Shown here piece by piece: positions 6,960-17,180 of a DNA stretch of 64,000 nucleotides. A program made the translations under genes and the position numbers. How positions within the stretch are numbered: the first letter of the stretch is position 1; each line of letters opens with the position of its first letter. A model generated the notes under the pieces. That model did not search any database and was not told the DNA's origin. It worked only from the letters and a program-made list of their open reading frames with translations. The DNA is from Bacteroidales bacterium (GTDB lineage Bacteria > Bacteroidota > Bacteroidia > Bacteroidales > VadinHA17), in NCBI GenBank assembly GCA_035299385.1, contig DATGWQ010000076.1:28267-92266 (forward strand), given 5' to 3'.

Positions 6960-9338
6960 ATGGCAAATCAGAACCAATACGCTTCCAATGCCTTGATAAT
7001 AAAGGATTTTCTCGCCCAGGTGCTTTCGCTTAAATACTATTATATAGTAAGCTTCCTGATCCTTCTCGGAATTGCTTTCGTAGTCAACAGGTACTCGCCG
7101 GTGGTTGTCGAGGCCAACACAGTTATTGGTCCTATTGAGGATCAAAGGGCTGCGCTCCTCGGGTCAAATGACCTGTTCAGGGGGCTTGTCTCTTATGAAC
7201 AGGCAAGGAATATTGAGAATGACATAAATAACATCAAGTCATTCACCCTTGTCTCGGCCACGCTCAGCAAGATGAGCCTTGAAGTGGGCTATTTCACAAA
7301 GAAAAGCCACTTCCTCGACCATGACAGGCAGGTTTACCCCGATCCTCCTTTCCATGTCAGTATAGACAAGTCACATATCCAGCCTATCGATGCAAAGATC
7401 AATTTCAGCGTAATCGACAGTAATACTTACAGGATACAAATTGAAGAGGATGAAGTATCGCTTTACAACTATATCGATAATGCGGTAATCAGCGAAAAGA
7501 ATGTAATAAAGATCGATACCGTCTGCAAGTTCAATGAGACAGTCAGCAACAGGTACTTAAAATTCGTTGTTAATCTCACAATGCCGGGAGTTTTTTCAAA
7601 CCGCCGTGAGAAACCGCACGATTACTATTTTGTTTTTTACAATCTCGATGATCTCGCCAGAGGCTATCTCGAAAACATCGAGGTGAAACCGGTTACACTC
7701 AGGTCGTCTCTTATCAATGTTTCGATGAAAGGCAAGAATATCAGCCTCATAATAGATTTTCTGAATACTTATGTCCAGACCTTCCTCGACGATAACCTGT
7801 CAAAGAAAAACAAGATGTCGTATAATGCAGTCAGCTTTATCGACAGGCAGATAGCGAATACTTCGGATTCCCTTAACCAGTCGGAATCAAGGCTTAAGGA
7901 TTACAGGTCTGCAAACCAGGTTATGGATCTGAGCTATCAGGGTCAGCAGGCGTTTCAGCAGATGAGCCAGATCGAATCAGACAGGACGCAGCTGCAGATA
8001 CAGGAAAGGTACTACAGGTCGATCCTGGAAAATTTTGAAAAGAATGCCAATATAGCAGGAATTGCACCTCCTTCAGCGGCAAACATCAACGACCCTATTA
8101 TGAATACCCTTATTCTCGATCTTCATGCGCTTAATACCGAACGCTCTAACATTATGGGCAACGCATCGGAGAAGAATCTTTTCCTTGGCCAGATAGACAA
8201 TAAGATAAAGCTGCAGAACCAGGCAATCCTGGAGAATGTCAAGAACAACCTGAATACACTTGTTTTGAAGAAAAATGAGCTTGATTACAGGCAGCAGAAA
8301 CTTTCGCAGGAGCTATCGAGGCTTCCCAGGACGGAGCTGAACATGGTGAGCATGCAAAGGAAATTTGACGTCAGCGGCAATGTTTATACTTTCCTGCTGC
8401 AGAAAAGGACGGAAGCAGCAATAACGGCGGCTTCGAACCATCCCGATTACGAGATACTCGAGCCCGCAAGGTATACAACCCGCAACATCATTTCTCCGAA
8501 ACCAATGATGAACTACATGTTTGCTCTTTTCTTTGCTCTGCTGCTACCGACCGGATACCTTCTGCTCAAGAATTTCTTCAATGAAAACATAACCCGTGTC
8601 TGGGATGCCGAGGTTCTGCTGAAAAGGCCGGTCATCAGCATAATTTACAAGAATCCGATGAAGACCGATGCGGTTGTAACTGAAGCTCCCACATCACCCA
8701 TTGCCGAATCGTTCAGAAACCTCAGGAGCAGGCTCTTCCTGAAGTATAAGAACCGGGAGCTCAGAACAATTGTTGTTACATCGTCACAACCTCGTGATGG
8801 CAAAAGTTTTATATCGTATAACCTAGCCGCGTCGATTGCGGGAGTCGGGCATAAAACGATATTGATAGATTGCGACCTCAGGCGTCCTACCCTTCATGCC
8901 ACATTGAATATGAAAAATGAGCTGGGAATAACCAATTATCTCGCTGACAATGTTTCGAAAGAAAATATCATACATGAGACGAACACCGAAAACCTGTTCT
9001 TCATACCTGCGGGACCAATCCTTGCAAATTCTTCAGAAATGCTTGAAGGAGGTTCACTTGACAACCTTATAGAATGGCTTAAAATTTCATTCAGATACAT
9101 CATAATCGATTCACCTCCAATGGGCATCGTTTCAGAGGCTACTCAGGTTATAAAGTATGCCTCACATATATTGTTTGTATGCCGGAACAATTATACAAGG
9201 AAAGATGTTTATACCGATGTGTTGAACATGTTCCGTACAAACAATATCGAGAACTTTGATGTAGTGTTTAACGACATGGATATTGACAGAAGCAAATATG
9301 GTCACTACCGTGACTACTATTACAAGAGGGCTGAATAA
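6960..9338 (+). CDS. wzc: polysaccharide co-polymerase / tyrosine autokinase (Wzc/GumC-like)
   Basis: Two TM segments flank a coiled periplasmic domain. Walker A-like SSQPRDGKSFISYNLAAS, DCDLRRP, and a C-terminal Tyr cluster YGHYRDYYYKRAE. Confidence 0.9.
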   Translation: MANQNQYASNALIIKDFLAQVLSLKYYYIVSFLILLGIAFVVNRYSPVVVEANTVIGPIEDQRAALLGSNDLFRGLVSYEQARNIENDINNIKSFTLVSATLSKMSLEVGYFTKKSHFLDHDRQVYPDPPFHVSIDKSHIQPIDAKINFSVIDSNTYRIQIEEDEVSLYNYIDNAVISEKNVIKIDTVCKFNETVSNRYLKFVVNLTMPGVFSNRREKPHDYYFVFYNLDDLARGYLENIEVKPVTLRSSLINVSMKGKNISLIIDFLNTYVQTFLDDNLSKKNKMSYNAVSFIDRQIANTSDSLNQSESRLKDYRSANQVMDLSYQGQQAFQQMSQIESDRTQLQIQERYYRSILENFEKNANIAGIAPPSAANINDPIMNTLILDLHALNTERSNIMGNASEKNLFLGQIDNKIKLQNQAILENVKNNLNTLVLKKNELDYRQQKLSQELSRLPRTELNMVSMQRKFDVSGNVYTFLLQKRTEAAITAASNHPDYEILEPARYTTRNIISPKPMMNYMFALFFALLLPTGYLLLKNFFNENITRVWDAEVLLKRPVISIIYKNPMKTDAVVTEAPTSPIAESFRNLRSRLFLKYKNRELRTIVVTSSQPRDGKSFISYNLAASIAGVGHKTILIDCDLRRPTLHATLNMKNELGITNYLADNVSKENIIHETNTENLFFIPAGPILANSSEMLEGGSLDNLIEWLKISFRYIIIDSPPMGIVSEATQVIKYASHILFVCRNNYTRKDVYTDVLNMFRTNNIENFDVVFNDMDIDRSKYGHYRDYYYKRAE

Positions 9339-9355
9339 TCACAAACCATAATAAC

Positions 9356-9613
9356 ATGAACCAGATAGATACAACAACTGTTACGGACAGGATCAGAGCA
9401 TATGTGATGGAGGAAACTTACGCTGAAAATGGAAAAATCAATAATGACACACTGGTTTTCAAAGAAGGTTTCTTTGACTCGATGGGCTTCATCCGCCTTA
9501 TAACATTCCTTGAGAATGAATTCAGGATTAAAATTTCCGATGATGATCTTGTGGAAAAGAATTTCGAGTCGATAAATTCAATGAGTGATTTTGTTCAATC
9601 CAGATTAAACTAA
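9356..9613 (+). CDS. acyl/peptidyl carrier protein
   Basis: 85 aa with the phosphopantetheine attachment motif FFDSMGFIRL. Confidence 0.8.
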   Translation: MNQIDTTTVTDRIRAYVMEETYAENGKINNDTLVFKEGFFDSMGFIRLITFLENEFRIKISDDDLVEKNFESINSMSDFVQSRLN

Positions 9614-9624
9614 AATTTCTCGTC

Positions 9625-11604
9625 ATGTGCGGAATAGCAGGGATAATTGATTACCAGGGGAAAACTGACGGGAAGCTTTGCACTGGCAAAATGCTGAGGA
9701 CAATCAGCTACAGAGGGCCTGATGAATGTGGTATATACCACTCAGGTGCGGCCACCATTGGCAATGTAAGACTGAGTATCATTGACATAGCCGGAGGGCA
9801 GCAGCCGTTGTCTGATCCGTCATCCAGGTACTGGATTACCTTTAATGGTGAAATTTTCAATTACAGGGAGCTGAGGGCAGATCTTGAGAGTAAGGGAACG
9901 AAATTCAGAACCCACTCCGATACTGAAGTCCTGTTGCAGCTTTACGCTTTGTACGGGCATGAATGCCTTAAATTACTGAACGGCCAGTTTGCCTTTGCGG
10001 TATGGGATAAACTTGAAGAGGAGCTCTTCGTCGCAAGAGACAGGATGGGCATCCGGCCGTTCTTTTTCAATATAAATGACAACGTATTCACCTTTGCGTC
10101 TGAAATCAAGGCAATTTTCAGGAATGAGGCAATTTCCAGGGAGCTGAACCCGAAAGGGCTGGTCCAGGCATTCACGTTCTGGACAACACTCACACCGGAG
10201 ACTGCTTTCAGGGGAGTGTATGAGCTTTCGCCGGGCTGTTACGGTTATTTCAGCAGAAAGGGACTGAGGACTTCCAGGTTCTGGGAGCTGAGCTTCGGCC
10301 ATGTGTCAAATCTTTCATTTGCCGAAGCCCTTGAACATTTCGATGAGCTTTTTTCCGATTCGGTCAGGATAAGGCTGCGGGCAGATGTGGAAGTAGCCGC
10401 ATATCTCAGCGGAGGAATAGATTCGAGCGCAACCGTCGCTTACATAAAGGATATCGAGCCCGGCATCCTGAACACTTTTTCCATAAGCTTCAGTGACAAG
10501 GCTTTCGATGAGAGCCGTTACCAGATCGAAGCAGTGAATTACTTCAAAACACGGCACCAGGTTTATACGTGCACACCAAAGGAAATTGCTGAAGTATTCC
10601 CAAGGGTTGTCTGGCATTCAGAGATACCTCTTACAAGGACAGCACCGGCTCCAATGTTCCTGCTTTCGAAGATGGTAAGGCAAAACAGGATCAAGGTGGT
10701 CGTTACAGGTGAAGGCTCGGATGAGTTCCTTGCCGGCTACGATATTTTCAAGGAGGCGATGATAAGAAGATTCTGGGCTTCGCAGCCCGATTCCAGGCTC
10801 AGGCCGCTTCTGCTGAAAAGATTGTACCAGTACATTCCGCAGATAGCAGATGCAGACGTATCCGTGCTGAGGATGTTTTTCAGTTACAGGCTCGGCGATA
10901 CGGGCAACCCGTTCTATTCGCACCTGCTGAGATGGAACGGCTCAAATCAGATCCGCAAACATCTGGCACAGGCTGTTGTCGCGGAAACTTCAGATTATTC
11001 TGCCCTGGATACATTGAAAGCAAGCCTGCCCACAGAATTTGAATCATGGGATCCGCTCGCAAAGGCACAGTGGCTTGAAGCAACTATCTTCATGTCGGGA
11101 TACCTGCTTTCATCCCAGGGAGACAGGATGGGAATGGCCAATTCAGTCGAAGGGAGATATCCTTTCCTGGACTACAGATTAATCGAGTTCTGCAACTCAC
11201 TGCCGCCGAAATTCAAGCTCAAAGGAGTCACAGAGAAATACCTGCTCAAGAAACTCCTGAGAGACAGGATCCCCGAACCGATCCTAAAAAGGACAAAGCA
11301 GCCGTACAGGGCTCCTGTGAACAATGCTTTCCTGGGAAAGAACGCTCCGGATTATGCACGTGAGATGCTTTCGCAGGAACAAACAGAAAAAGTTAATGTA
11401 TTCGATTATAATAAGCTGAAGCCGGTATTGACCAGGATAAACAGGGCCGGTTCCGCTTCAGAGATGGATGACATGCTTCTTGCGTCGGTGATTTCGACTC
11501 ATCTGCTGTTCGAACAGTTCATCGAAGGAAGAAACAGCAATTATGAAGCTGAGGAGCAAAAGATCGTGAGAATTACAGAAGATTCAATTCCAGTATTAAC
11601 CTGA
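9625..11604 (+). CDS. asparagine synthase (glutamine-hydrolysing) family amidotransferase
   Basis: N-terminal MCGIAG (Cys nucleophile), LSGGIDSS PP-loop, 659 aa. Confidence 0.9.
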   Translation: MCGIAGIIDYQGKTDGKLCTGKMLRTISYRGPDECGIYHSGAATIGNVRLSIIDIAGGQQPLSDPSSRYWITFNGEIFNYRELRADLESKGTKFRTHSDTEVLLQLYALYGHECLKLLNGQFAFAVWDKLEEELFVARDRMGIRPFFFNINDNVFTFASEIKAIFRNEAISRELNPKGLVQAFTFWTTLTPETAFRGVYELSPGCYGYFSRKGLRTSRFWELSFGHVSNLSFAEALEHFDELFSDSVRIRLRADVEVAAYLSGGIDSSATVAYIKDIEPGILNTFSISFSDKAFDESRYQIEAVNYFKTRHQVYTCTPKEIAEVFPRVVWHSEIPLTRTAPAPMFLLSKMVRQNRIKVVVTGEGSDEFLAGYDIFKEAMIRRFWASQPDSRLRPLLLKRLYQYIPQIADADVSVLRMFFSYRLGDTGNPFYSHLLRWNGSNQIRKHLAQAVVAETSDYSALDTLKASLPTEFESWDPLAKAQWLEATIFMSGYLLSSQGDRMGMANSVEGRYPFLDYRLIEFCNSLPPKFKLKGVTEKYLLKKLLRDRIPEPILKRTKQPYRAPVNNAFLGKNAPDYAREMLSQEQTEKVNVFDYNKLKPVLTRINRAGSASEMDDMLLASVISTHLLFEQFIEGRNSNYEAEEQKIVRITEDSIPVLT

Positions 11605-11616
11605 AATATATATAAC

Positions 11617-12639
11617 ATGACATCTACCAGCCTGGCTGAACCTGTCACCACAGGAAAAAAGCCTTTTACAAAAGATATCCTGTTGCTTGATGACGTGGAA
11701 GCTGTTGTCGAAGCTATAACAGTCAAGCTCCGCGAGGACGTTTTCCACACGCTTGCACGCAAGGGAGGAATTATCGGATTGAGCGGTGGAATAGATTCCT
11801 CGGTATGCCTTGCACTGGCTGTAAAGGCATTGGGACCCGACAAGGTTCTTGGAGTGATAATTCCGGAAAAGGATTCAAATCCTGAAAGCGAGAATTTTGC
11901 GAAGTTGCTGACGGACAAATTTGGTGTTACGTCCATTAAGGAGGTCATAACACCGGCGCTGGAAGGGTTCAGATGCTATGAGCGCCGTGATGAAGCAGTC
12001 AAACAGATTTTTCCTGATTATGATCCGGAAACATGGAAAATGAAAATCGGGATAAGGCAAAGCGGCCTGTTCACATCACTTCCCCCGATGTTCACACTTA
12101 CGGTTATCGACAACATGGGAAATGAGCACGAGCAACTGCTTCCGGCTGAAGAATACCTCAGAATTGTTGCAGCCTCCAACTTCAAACAGAGAACGAGGAT
12201 GTCGATTCTGTATTATCACGCTGAATCTCGTCACTATACCGTAATAGGCACCCCTAACAAGCAGGAGCAGGAACAGGGATTCTTTGTAAAATATGGTGAT
12301 GGAGGAGCTGATATTATGCCCATCGGCAATCTTTACAAAACACAGGTGTACCAGATTGCAAGGCACCTCGGCGTTCCTGAAGAGATCATAAAAAGGATAC
12401 CCACAACCGATACATATCCTGCCTCACAGACCCAGGAGGAGTTCTTCTACCAGCTGCCTGTTGAAATGATGGACGTATTCTGGTATGCTTTCGAGAAGGA
12501 TTATCCGCCTGCCGAGGTTGCAGAAGCAATGGGTGAAACGGAGGAGAGGGTAAAGGCCTTATATACCAACTTCAGGAGAAAAAGGAAGACCACCGATTAC
12601 CTGCGGATGTCCCCCATAAGGGATTATTTCGGCATCTGA
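11617..12639 (+). CDS. NAD+ synthetase (NadE) family ATP-pyrophosphatase
   Basis: GLSGGIDSSVCLALA PP-loop and ...FFVKYGDGGADIMPIGNLYKTQVYQIARHLGVP, typical of the NadE family. Its role in this EPS context is unknown. Confidence 0.8.
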   Translation: MTSTSLAEPVTTGKKPFTKDILLLDDVEAVVEAITVKLREDVFHTLARKGGIIGLSGGIDSSVCLALAVKALGPDKVLGVIIPEKDSNPESENFAKLLTDKFGVTSIKEVITPALEGFRCYERRDEAVKQIFPDYDPETWKMKIGIRQSGLFTSLPPMFTLTVIDNMGNEHEQLLPAEEYLRIVAASNFKQRTRMSILYYHAESRHYTVIGTPNKQEQEQGFFVKYGDGGADIMPIGNLYKTQVYQIARHLGVPEEIIKRIPTTDTYPASQTQEEFFYQLPVEMMDVFWYAFEKDYPPAEVAEAMGETEERVKALYTNFRRKRKTTDYLRMSPIRDYFGI

Positions 12640-12667
12640 CAGAATTAAACAACCAACCTTCACGTTC

Positions 12668-14146
12668 ATGAATGCTTTTGACTATTTTTTCGAAAATACA
12701 TACCTGCTGACCAAAAATTTCCTTGTGGGCAATGAGGAAATCTCGTTCGCTGAACTTTACAGATCGTCGCTGAATATTGCAGAACGACTCAGAAAGGAAG
12801 CAGGAACCGGAAAGAACATCATTCTTCTTTCTGCGAACAATCTTTTCTTCCTCAAAACGTACCTTGGCATTATAAAGTCAGGGAACACCTGCATTCCGCT
12901 GGATCCTAATACCGAAAAGGAAAACTTCAGGTATATAGCCGCACTTACCCGCCCTGATATTATCTTCATAACCAGGGAGCTGCAGTCGAAATTACCAGTA
13001 GAGGAATTCAGATGCATAACTCAGGACAACCTTCCTGACACGGTAGAGAACATTACGTTCCATCCTCCCGTCAACGGCGGCGGATACGACAATGTGTGCG
13101 CTGAGATAATTTTTACTTCAGGATCGACCGGCAAACCGAAAGGTGTCATGATCTCTCACCGGAACCTTATTGCAAACACCTCATCCATAGTTGAGTACCT
13201 TGAGCTCACTCCTGAAGACAGGATGCTGGTGGTATTGCCTTTCTATTATTGTTACGGACTTTCGTTGCTTCATACACATCTGAGGGCAGGCGGCTCGATT
13301 GTGCTGAATAACTCGTTCGTCTTCCTGGGAACGGTCATCAACAACCTGATTAAATACAACTGCACTGGTTTTGCAGGCGTTCCGAGCCATTTCCAGATAC
13401 TCATGAGAATGTCAGACACATTCAGAAAGACAAGATTCCCGGCGCTCAGGTATGTAACCCAGGCAGGCGGCAAGCTGGCTACCGTCTTTATTGATGAATT
13501 CCGTGAAGCGTTCCCCGAAATTAAATTTTACGTCATGTACGGTCAGACAGAAGCGACAGCACGTCTCTCCTACCTTCCCCCCAAACTGTACCCTGAAAAA
13601 AAGGGATCGATGGGCAGGGGTATTCCGGGTGTCGAACTCAGGGTTGTTGACCCTGAGGGTGAGGACGTTAAGCCCGGCCAGACAGGGGAAGTGATTGCCC
13701 GGGGAGAGAATATCATGCTTGGGTATTACCTCGATGAAGAAAGCACATCGAGGTCGCTCCGTGATGGATGGCTTTGGACCGGCGATCTGGGGGAAGTTGA
13801 CGACGAAGGCTTCATTTATCTGACAGCCAGGAAAAATGAAATAATTAAAGTCAGGGGTAAAAGAATAAGCCCGAAGGAGGTTGAATCAATAATTCTTCAG
13901 CTTCCTGAAGTTGTGGATTGCACCGTGGAAGGCATCGATGACAGTATTGAGGGAGAAACGCTCAAAGCTGTGATCGTAGTTAAAGAAGGTACTGAGAAAA
14001 CACTGACCGCTGATCACGTTAAAAAACACTGTCATTCAAAGCTTGCCCAGTTCAAGGTACCTTCAGTTTATGAATTCAGAAAAAATCTGAACATGAGTCC
14101 GACGGGTAAGAAAGTAAAAAAAGAAGAAGTAAAACAGCAGGGATGA
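12668..14146 (+). CDS. AMP-binding adenylate-forming enzyme (acyl- or aminoacyl-carrier-protein ligase-like)
   Basis: FTSGSTGKPKGV, YGQTE, GDLGEVDDEGFIYLTARKNEIIKVRGKRISPKEVE core motifs. Confidence 0.9.
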   Translation: MNAFDYFFENTYLLTKNFLVGNEEISFAELYRSSLNIAERLRKEAGTGKNIILLSANNLFFLKTYLGIIKSGNTCIPLDPNTEKENFRYIAALTRPDIIFITRELQSKLPVEEFRCITQDNLPDTVENITFHPPVNGGGYDNVCAEIIFTSGSTGKPKGVMISHRNLIANTSSIVEYLELTPEDRMLVVLPFYYCYGLSLLHTHLRAGGSIVLNNSFVFLGTVINNLIKYNCTGFAGVPSHFQILMRMSDTFRKTRFPALRYVTQAGGKLATVFIDEFREAFPEIKFYVMYGQTEATARLSYLPPKLYPEKKGSMGRGIPGVELRVVDPEGEDVKPGQTGEVIARGENIMLGYYLDEESTSRSLRDGWLWTGDLGEVDDEGFIYLTARKNEIIKVRGKRISPKEVESIILQLPEVVDCTVEGIDDSIEGETLKAVIVVKEGTEKTLTADHVKKHCHSKLAQFKVPSVYEFRKNLNMSPTGKKVKKEEVKQQG

Positions 14147-14922
14147 ACAGGATCATTTTTTTACATCATAGCACAGGAAACTGTATCTGGCTTGGTGATA
14201 CCAACCATTACCTTTCAAGGCTCGGAATAAAAGGGAGTGTCCAGAAATTCTTCGAGTCCTGGAACAAAAGAAATAACACCGAATATCTTATTTCGGAACA
14301 GGTATTCCCGAAAAAGTCGCCATACGGGTGGAAAAACTACCCGTTTGATTACTATAATATATGGGTAAGAAATGCCGGGCATGAAAGATACATGGAAGAA
14401 CCAACCCTGGAAATTCTTACGGCTGACTTCGATACCATCATTTTCAAGCATTGCTTCCCGGTTGGAAGAATCCGTGAAGACACAGGGAAGCCTGATATCA
14501 ATTCGGATGAAAAAAAACTTGAGAATTACAAGCTGCAATACAATGCCCTCAAAGCAAAATTGCATTCGTTTCCCGATAAAAAATTCATCATCTGGACACC
14601 ACCCGCGCTTGTAAAAAGTCAGGTCAGCCAGGAGCAGGCATTAAGAACGAGGGAGTTTTGCAGGTGGATAGTTGAAGAATGGGATGAGCCCACGAGCAAT
14701 ATATTTGTCTGGGATTTTAACAGTTACGAGACCGAAGGCGATCTCTACCTCCGTGAGGAATATGCAATAAGCGCTTCGGATTCACATCCCAACAGGGCAT
14801 TTTCAGAAAAGATGGCTCCTGTTTTTGCAAAGTTCATAATCGATGTGATCGAACAAAATCAATATCTGTCAGAAAATGAAGATAACCAGTATTTTCAGGA
14901 AAATACAGCTCGAAATTATTAG
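14143..14922 (+). CDS. hypothetical protein, possible SGNH/GDSL-like esterase or acyltransferase
   Basis: 4-nt overlap with the upstream gene. IIFLHHSTG near the N-terminus and DSHPN near the C-terminus resemble SGNH blocks I and V. Assignment is tentative. Confidence 0.5.
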   Translation: MNRIIFLHHSTGNCIWLGDTNHYLSRLGIKGSVQKFFESWNKRNNTEYLISEQVFPKKSPYGWKNYPFDYYNIWVRNAGHERYMEEPTLEILTADFDTIIFKHCFPVGRIREDTGKPDINSDEKKLENYKLQYNALKAKLHSFPDKKFIIWTPPALVKSQVSQEQALRTREFCRWIVEEWDEPTSNIFVWDFNSYETEGDLYLREEYAISASDSHPNRAFSEKMAPVFAKFIIDVIEQNQYLSENEDNQYFQENTARNY

Positions 14923-15424
14923 GCGGTCGAGCGACCTGAAGAAATCAAATTATCTCAGGAAGCAGGGAATGAAGGTTGGCGAAAAGTGTCATTTCAATTC
15001 CATGTCATTCTCTACAGAGCCTTATCTGATCGAGCTAGGGAATAAAGTTGTGGTATCCGGAGGCTGTGATTTTGTAACACACGACGGTGCTGTCATTTGC
15101 TTCAGGGACGAGATTAACGATGCTGATATTTTCGGAAAAATTGTAATAGGCAACAATGTATTCATAGGAATTAATTCGACTATACTTCCAAATACATTCA
15201 TCGGCGACAATTCAATAGTCGGAGCCGGGAGTGTAGTTAGAGGGAAATTCCCCGAGAACTCAGTAATCATCGGCAACCCTGCAAAAGTTGTGATGAAAAT
15301 GAGCTTTCAGAAATTTCTTTACCTGCAGAATCCGGGGCTTGTCAGGACATCGAATATGACGGACAGGCAAAAGGAAAAAATAGTGAAGAAACATTTTACC
15401 AGGAACCAGGAAAAGTATCAATAA
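14876..15424 (+). CDS. left-handed beta-helix (hexapeptide-repeat) O-acetyltransferase
   Basis: IGNNVFIGINSTILPNTFIGDNSIVGAGSVVRGKFPENSVIIGNPAKVV hexapeptide repeats. Confidence 0.85.
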   Translation: MKITSIFRKIQLEIIRRSSDLKKSNYLRKQGMKVGEKCHFNSMSFSTEPYLIELGNKVVVSGGCDFVTHDGAVICFRDEINDADIFGKIVIGNNVFIGINSTILPNTFIGDNSIVGAGSVVRGKFPENSVIIGNPAKVVMKMSFQKFLYLQNPGLVRTSNMTDRQKEKIVKKHFTRNQEKYQ

Positions 15425-15467
15425 AAGTCTGTTTTGACTAATTTTTCCCGGCGCTGCTGAGACAAAT

Positions 15468-15535
15468 CTTAACTCCGTTTTAAATCCTTCTTAATTCTCT
15501 CTTAATCAAGAAGACACGGTTATTTAATACTTTCA
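15468..15535 (+). promoter_or_regulatory. 11-bp-phased TTAA array, copy Y (upstream of the FISUMP lipoprotein)
   Basis: CTTAAC 15468, TTTAAA 15479, CTTAAT 15490, CTTAAT 15501, then 21 nt to TACTTTCA (15528-15535, a weak -7 match). Confidence 0.5.
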
Positions 15536-15561
15536 TTAGCCACTTAAATCTGCAAATAATT

Positions 15562-17142
15562 ATGAAAAGACAAACTGACTATTTACTTGTAACACTCTTT
15601 GTTTCAGGCCTTTTAATACTGACAGGATGTAAAAAGCTGGACCCGCCAACAGTTTCGACCGGCGCTGTTTCTGATGTGACACTGACAACAGCCAAAGCCG
15701 GAGGAAACATTCTTGATGACGGCGGTGCTGATGTGACGGCCCGGGGAGTTGTCTGGGGCACCCAGACTGAACCGACAACATCAGGCGACATGACATCTGA
15801 CGGCACCGGATCCGGCGAGTTTACCAGCCAACTTTCAGGACTTGAAGAGGGCACCACGTACTATCTCAGGGCCTATGCCACGAACAGCGAGGGAACCGCT
15901 TATGGAGATGAGGTTACCTTCGCAACTGCTTCAACATCAACTGCATCGATAACCACTACGGCAGTAACCGCAGTTACGTTCACATCTGCAGTGACAGGCG
16001 GCAATATTACCAGTGACGGATTGGCGCCAGTTACTGCAAGAGGCGTTGCATATGGTACAGCTGCCAATCCAACCGTAGCAGGCAGCAAGACAACCGATGG
16101 ATCAGGAGCCGGAACCTTTACAAGCAATCTTACAAATCTTGCAGAGGGTACTACATATTACGTAAGAGCCTATGCAACAAACAGCAGGGGGACGGCTTAC
16201 GGGAACGAAGTCACGTTCAGCACGACTGCAGCAAGCACAGCCACACTGACAACAGCCGCACTCACAAATTTATCACTTACGGGAGTCACAACAGGTGGAA
16301 ACATAACCGGTGACGGCGGGGCTGCCGTGACTGCCAGGGGCGTCGCCTACGGAACAGCTGCCAGTCCGACCGTCACAGGGACAAAAACAACCAACGGAAG
16401 CGGCACTGGTGCATATGTCAGCAGTATCACCGGACTTAGCCCGGGTACAGTTTACCATCTGAGAGCATATGCTACCAACAGCAAGGGCACTGTTTATGGC
16501 AATGAACTAACCTTTGTAACCCCTATTGCCGATATTGAAGGCAATGTATACAAGACAGTTCTCATCGGCACCCAGGTATGGATGGCTGAAAATCTCAAAT
16601 CGACACGGTTCAACAACAATACTGTAATTCCTCAGGTAACTGACAGCGTCCAGTGGATGGCCCTTACAACTCCTGCGTACACCTGGTACCGCAACAAGGA
16701 CGCCAATAAGACGAATGGGGCCCTTTACACATGGTTCACAGTTGCAGCAGGCAACCTTTGTCCGCAGGGCTGGCATGTTCCGACAAATGCAGAGTATCAG
16801 ACAATGGAAGTTGCAGTTGGTGTTCCTGCCGACAGTGTCAATAACTGGGGATGGAGAGGGAACGGTGCTGGTACAAAGCTGAAAGATGCAGTTGCATGGG
16901 GAACAGGTCATGGCACCAATACAACAGGGTTCACTGCCATGCCATCAGGATATCGCGCGTGGGCCAATGGGGAATTCAGAGGTCTTGGCGAAATTGCATA
17001 TTACTGGACTGCTTCAGACGATGCAGTAAACGGGCATGCTGATGTTGGATGGTATCGTCGTCTGGATGCAACATCTCCATGGATATACAAGGCAACAACC
17101 GGCAAAACCGGTGGCAAAAGTGTCAGGTGTATTAAAAATTAG
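15562..17142 (+). CDS. surface lipoprotein with three tandem ~97-aa repeats and a C-terminal FISUMP (Fibrobacter succinogenes major paralogous) domain
   Basis: Lipoprotein signal (LLILTGC). Three repeats end in TYY(L/V)RAYATNS.GT.YG.E.TF. C-terminus has DIEGNVYKTVLIGTQVWMAENLK...GWHVPT...GFTAMPSGYR...SVRCIKN. Confidence 0.9.
   Translation: MKRQTDYLLVTLFVSGLLILTGCKKLDPPTVSTGAVSDVTLTTAKAGGNILDDGGADVTARGVVWGTQTEPTTSGDMTSDGTGSGEFTSQLSGLEEGTTYYLRAYATNSEGTAYGDEVTFATASTSTASITTTAVTAVTFTSAVTGGNITSDGLAPVTARGVAYGTAANPTVAGSKTTDGSGAGTFTSNLTNLAEGTTYYVRAYATNSRGTAYGNEVTFSTTAASTATLTTAALTNLSLTGVTTGGNITGDGGAAVTARGVAYGTAASPTVTGTKTTNGSGTGAYVSSITGLSPGTVYHLRAYATNSKGTVYGNELTFVTPIADIEGNVYKTVLIGTQVWMAENLKSTRFNNNTVIPQVTDSVQWMALTTPAYTWYRNKDANKTNGALYTWFTVAAGNLCPQGWHVPTNAEYQTMEVAVGVPADSVNNWGWRGNGAGTKLKDAVAWGTGHGTNTTGFTAMPSGYRAWANGEFRGLGEIAYYWTASDDAVNGHADVGWYRRLDATSPWIYKATTGKTGGKSVRCIKN
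15643..16527 (+). repeat. three tandem ~290-bp coding repeats (protein-domain repeats) inside the lipoprotein gene
   Basis: The protein repeats are read directly from the translation; boundaries are approximate. Confidence 0.7.
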
Positions 17143-17180
17143 GTAATACCGGGGTCGGACTTTGTGCTGGGGATAAAAGA

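Noticed and set aside
9942-11083. A chain of 67-109-aa minus-strand ORFs inside the asparagine synthase gene, and similar sets inside the nadE-like and ligase genes.
   Set aside because: These are antisense read-through frames. The sense frames have full-length family signatures.
15643-16527. Tandem DNA repeats considered as a CRISPR array or as a DGR variable/template repeat pair (FISUMP domains are lectin-like).
   Set aside because: The repeats are ~290 bp, in frame, and encode protein domains. There are no short spacer-separated repeats, no reverse transcriptase and no adenine-specific mismatched template copy anywhere in the window.
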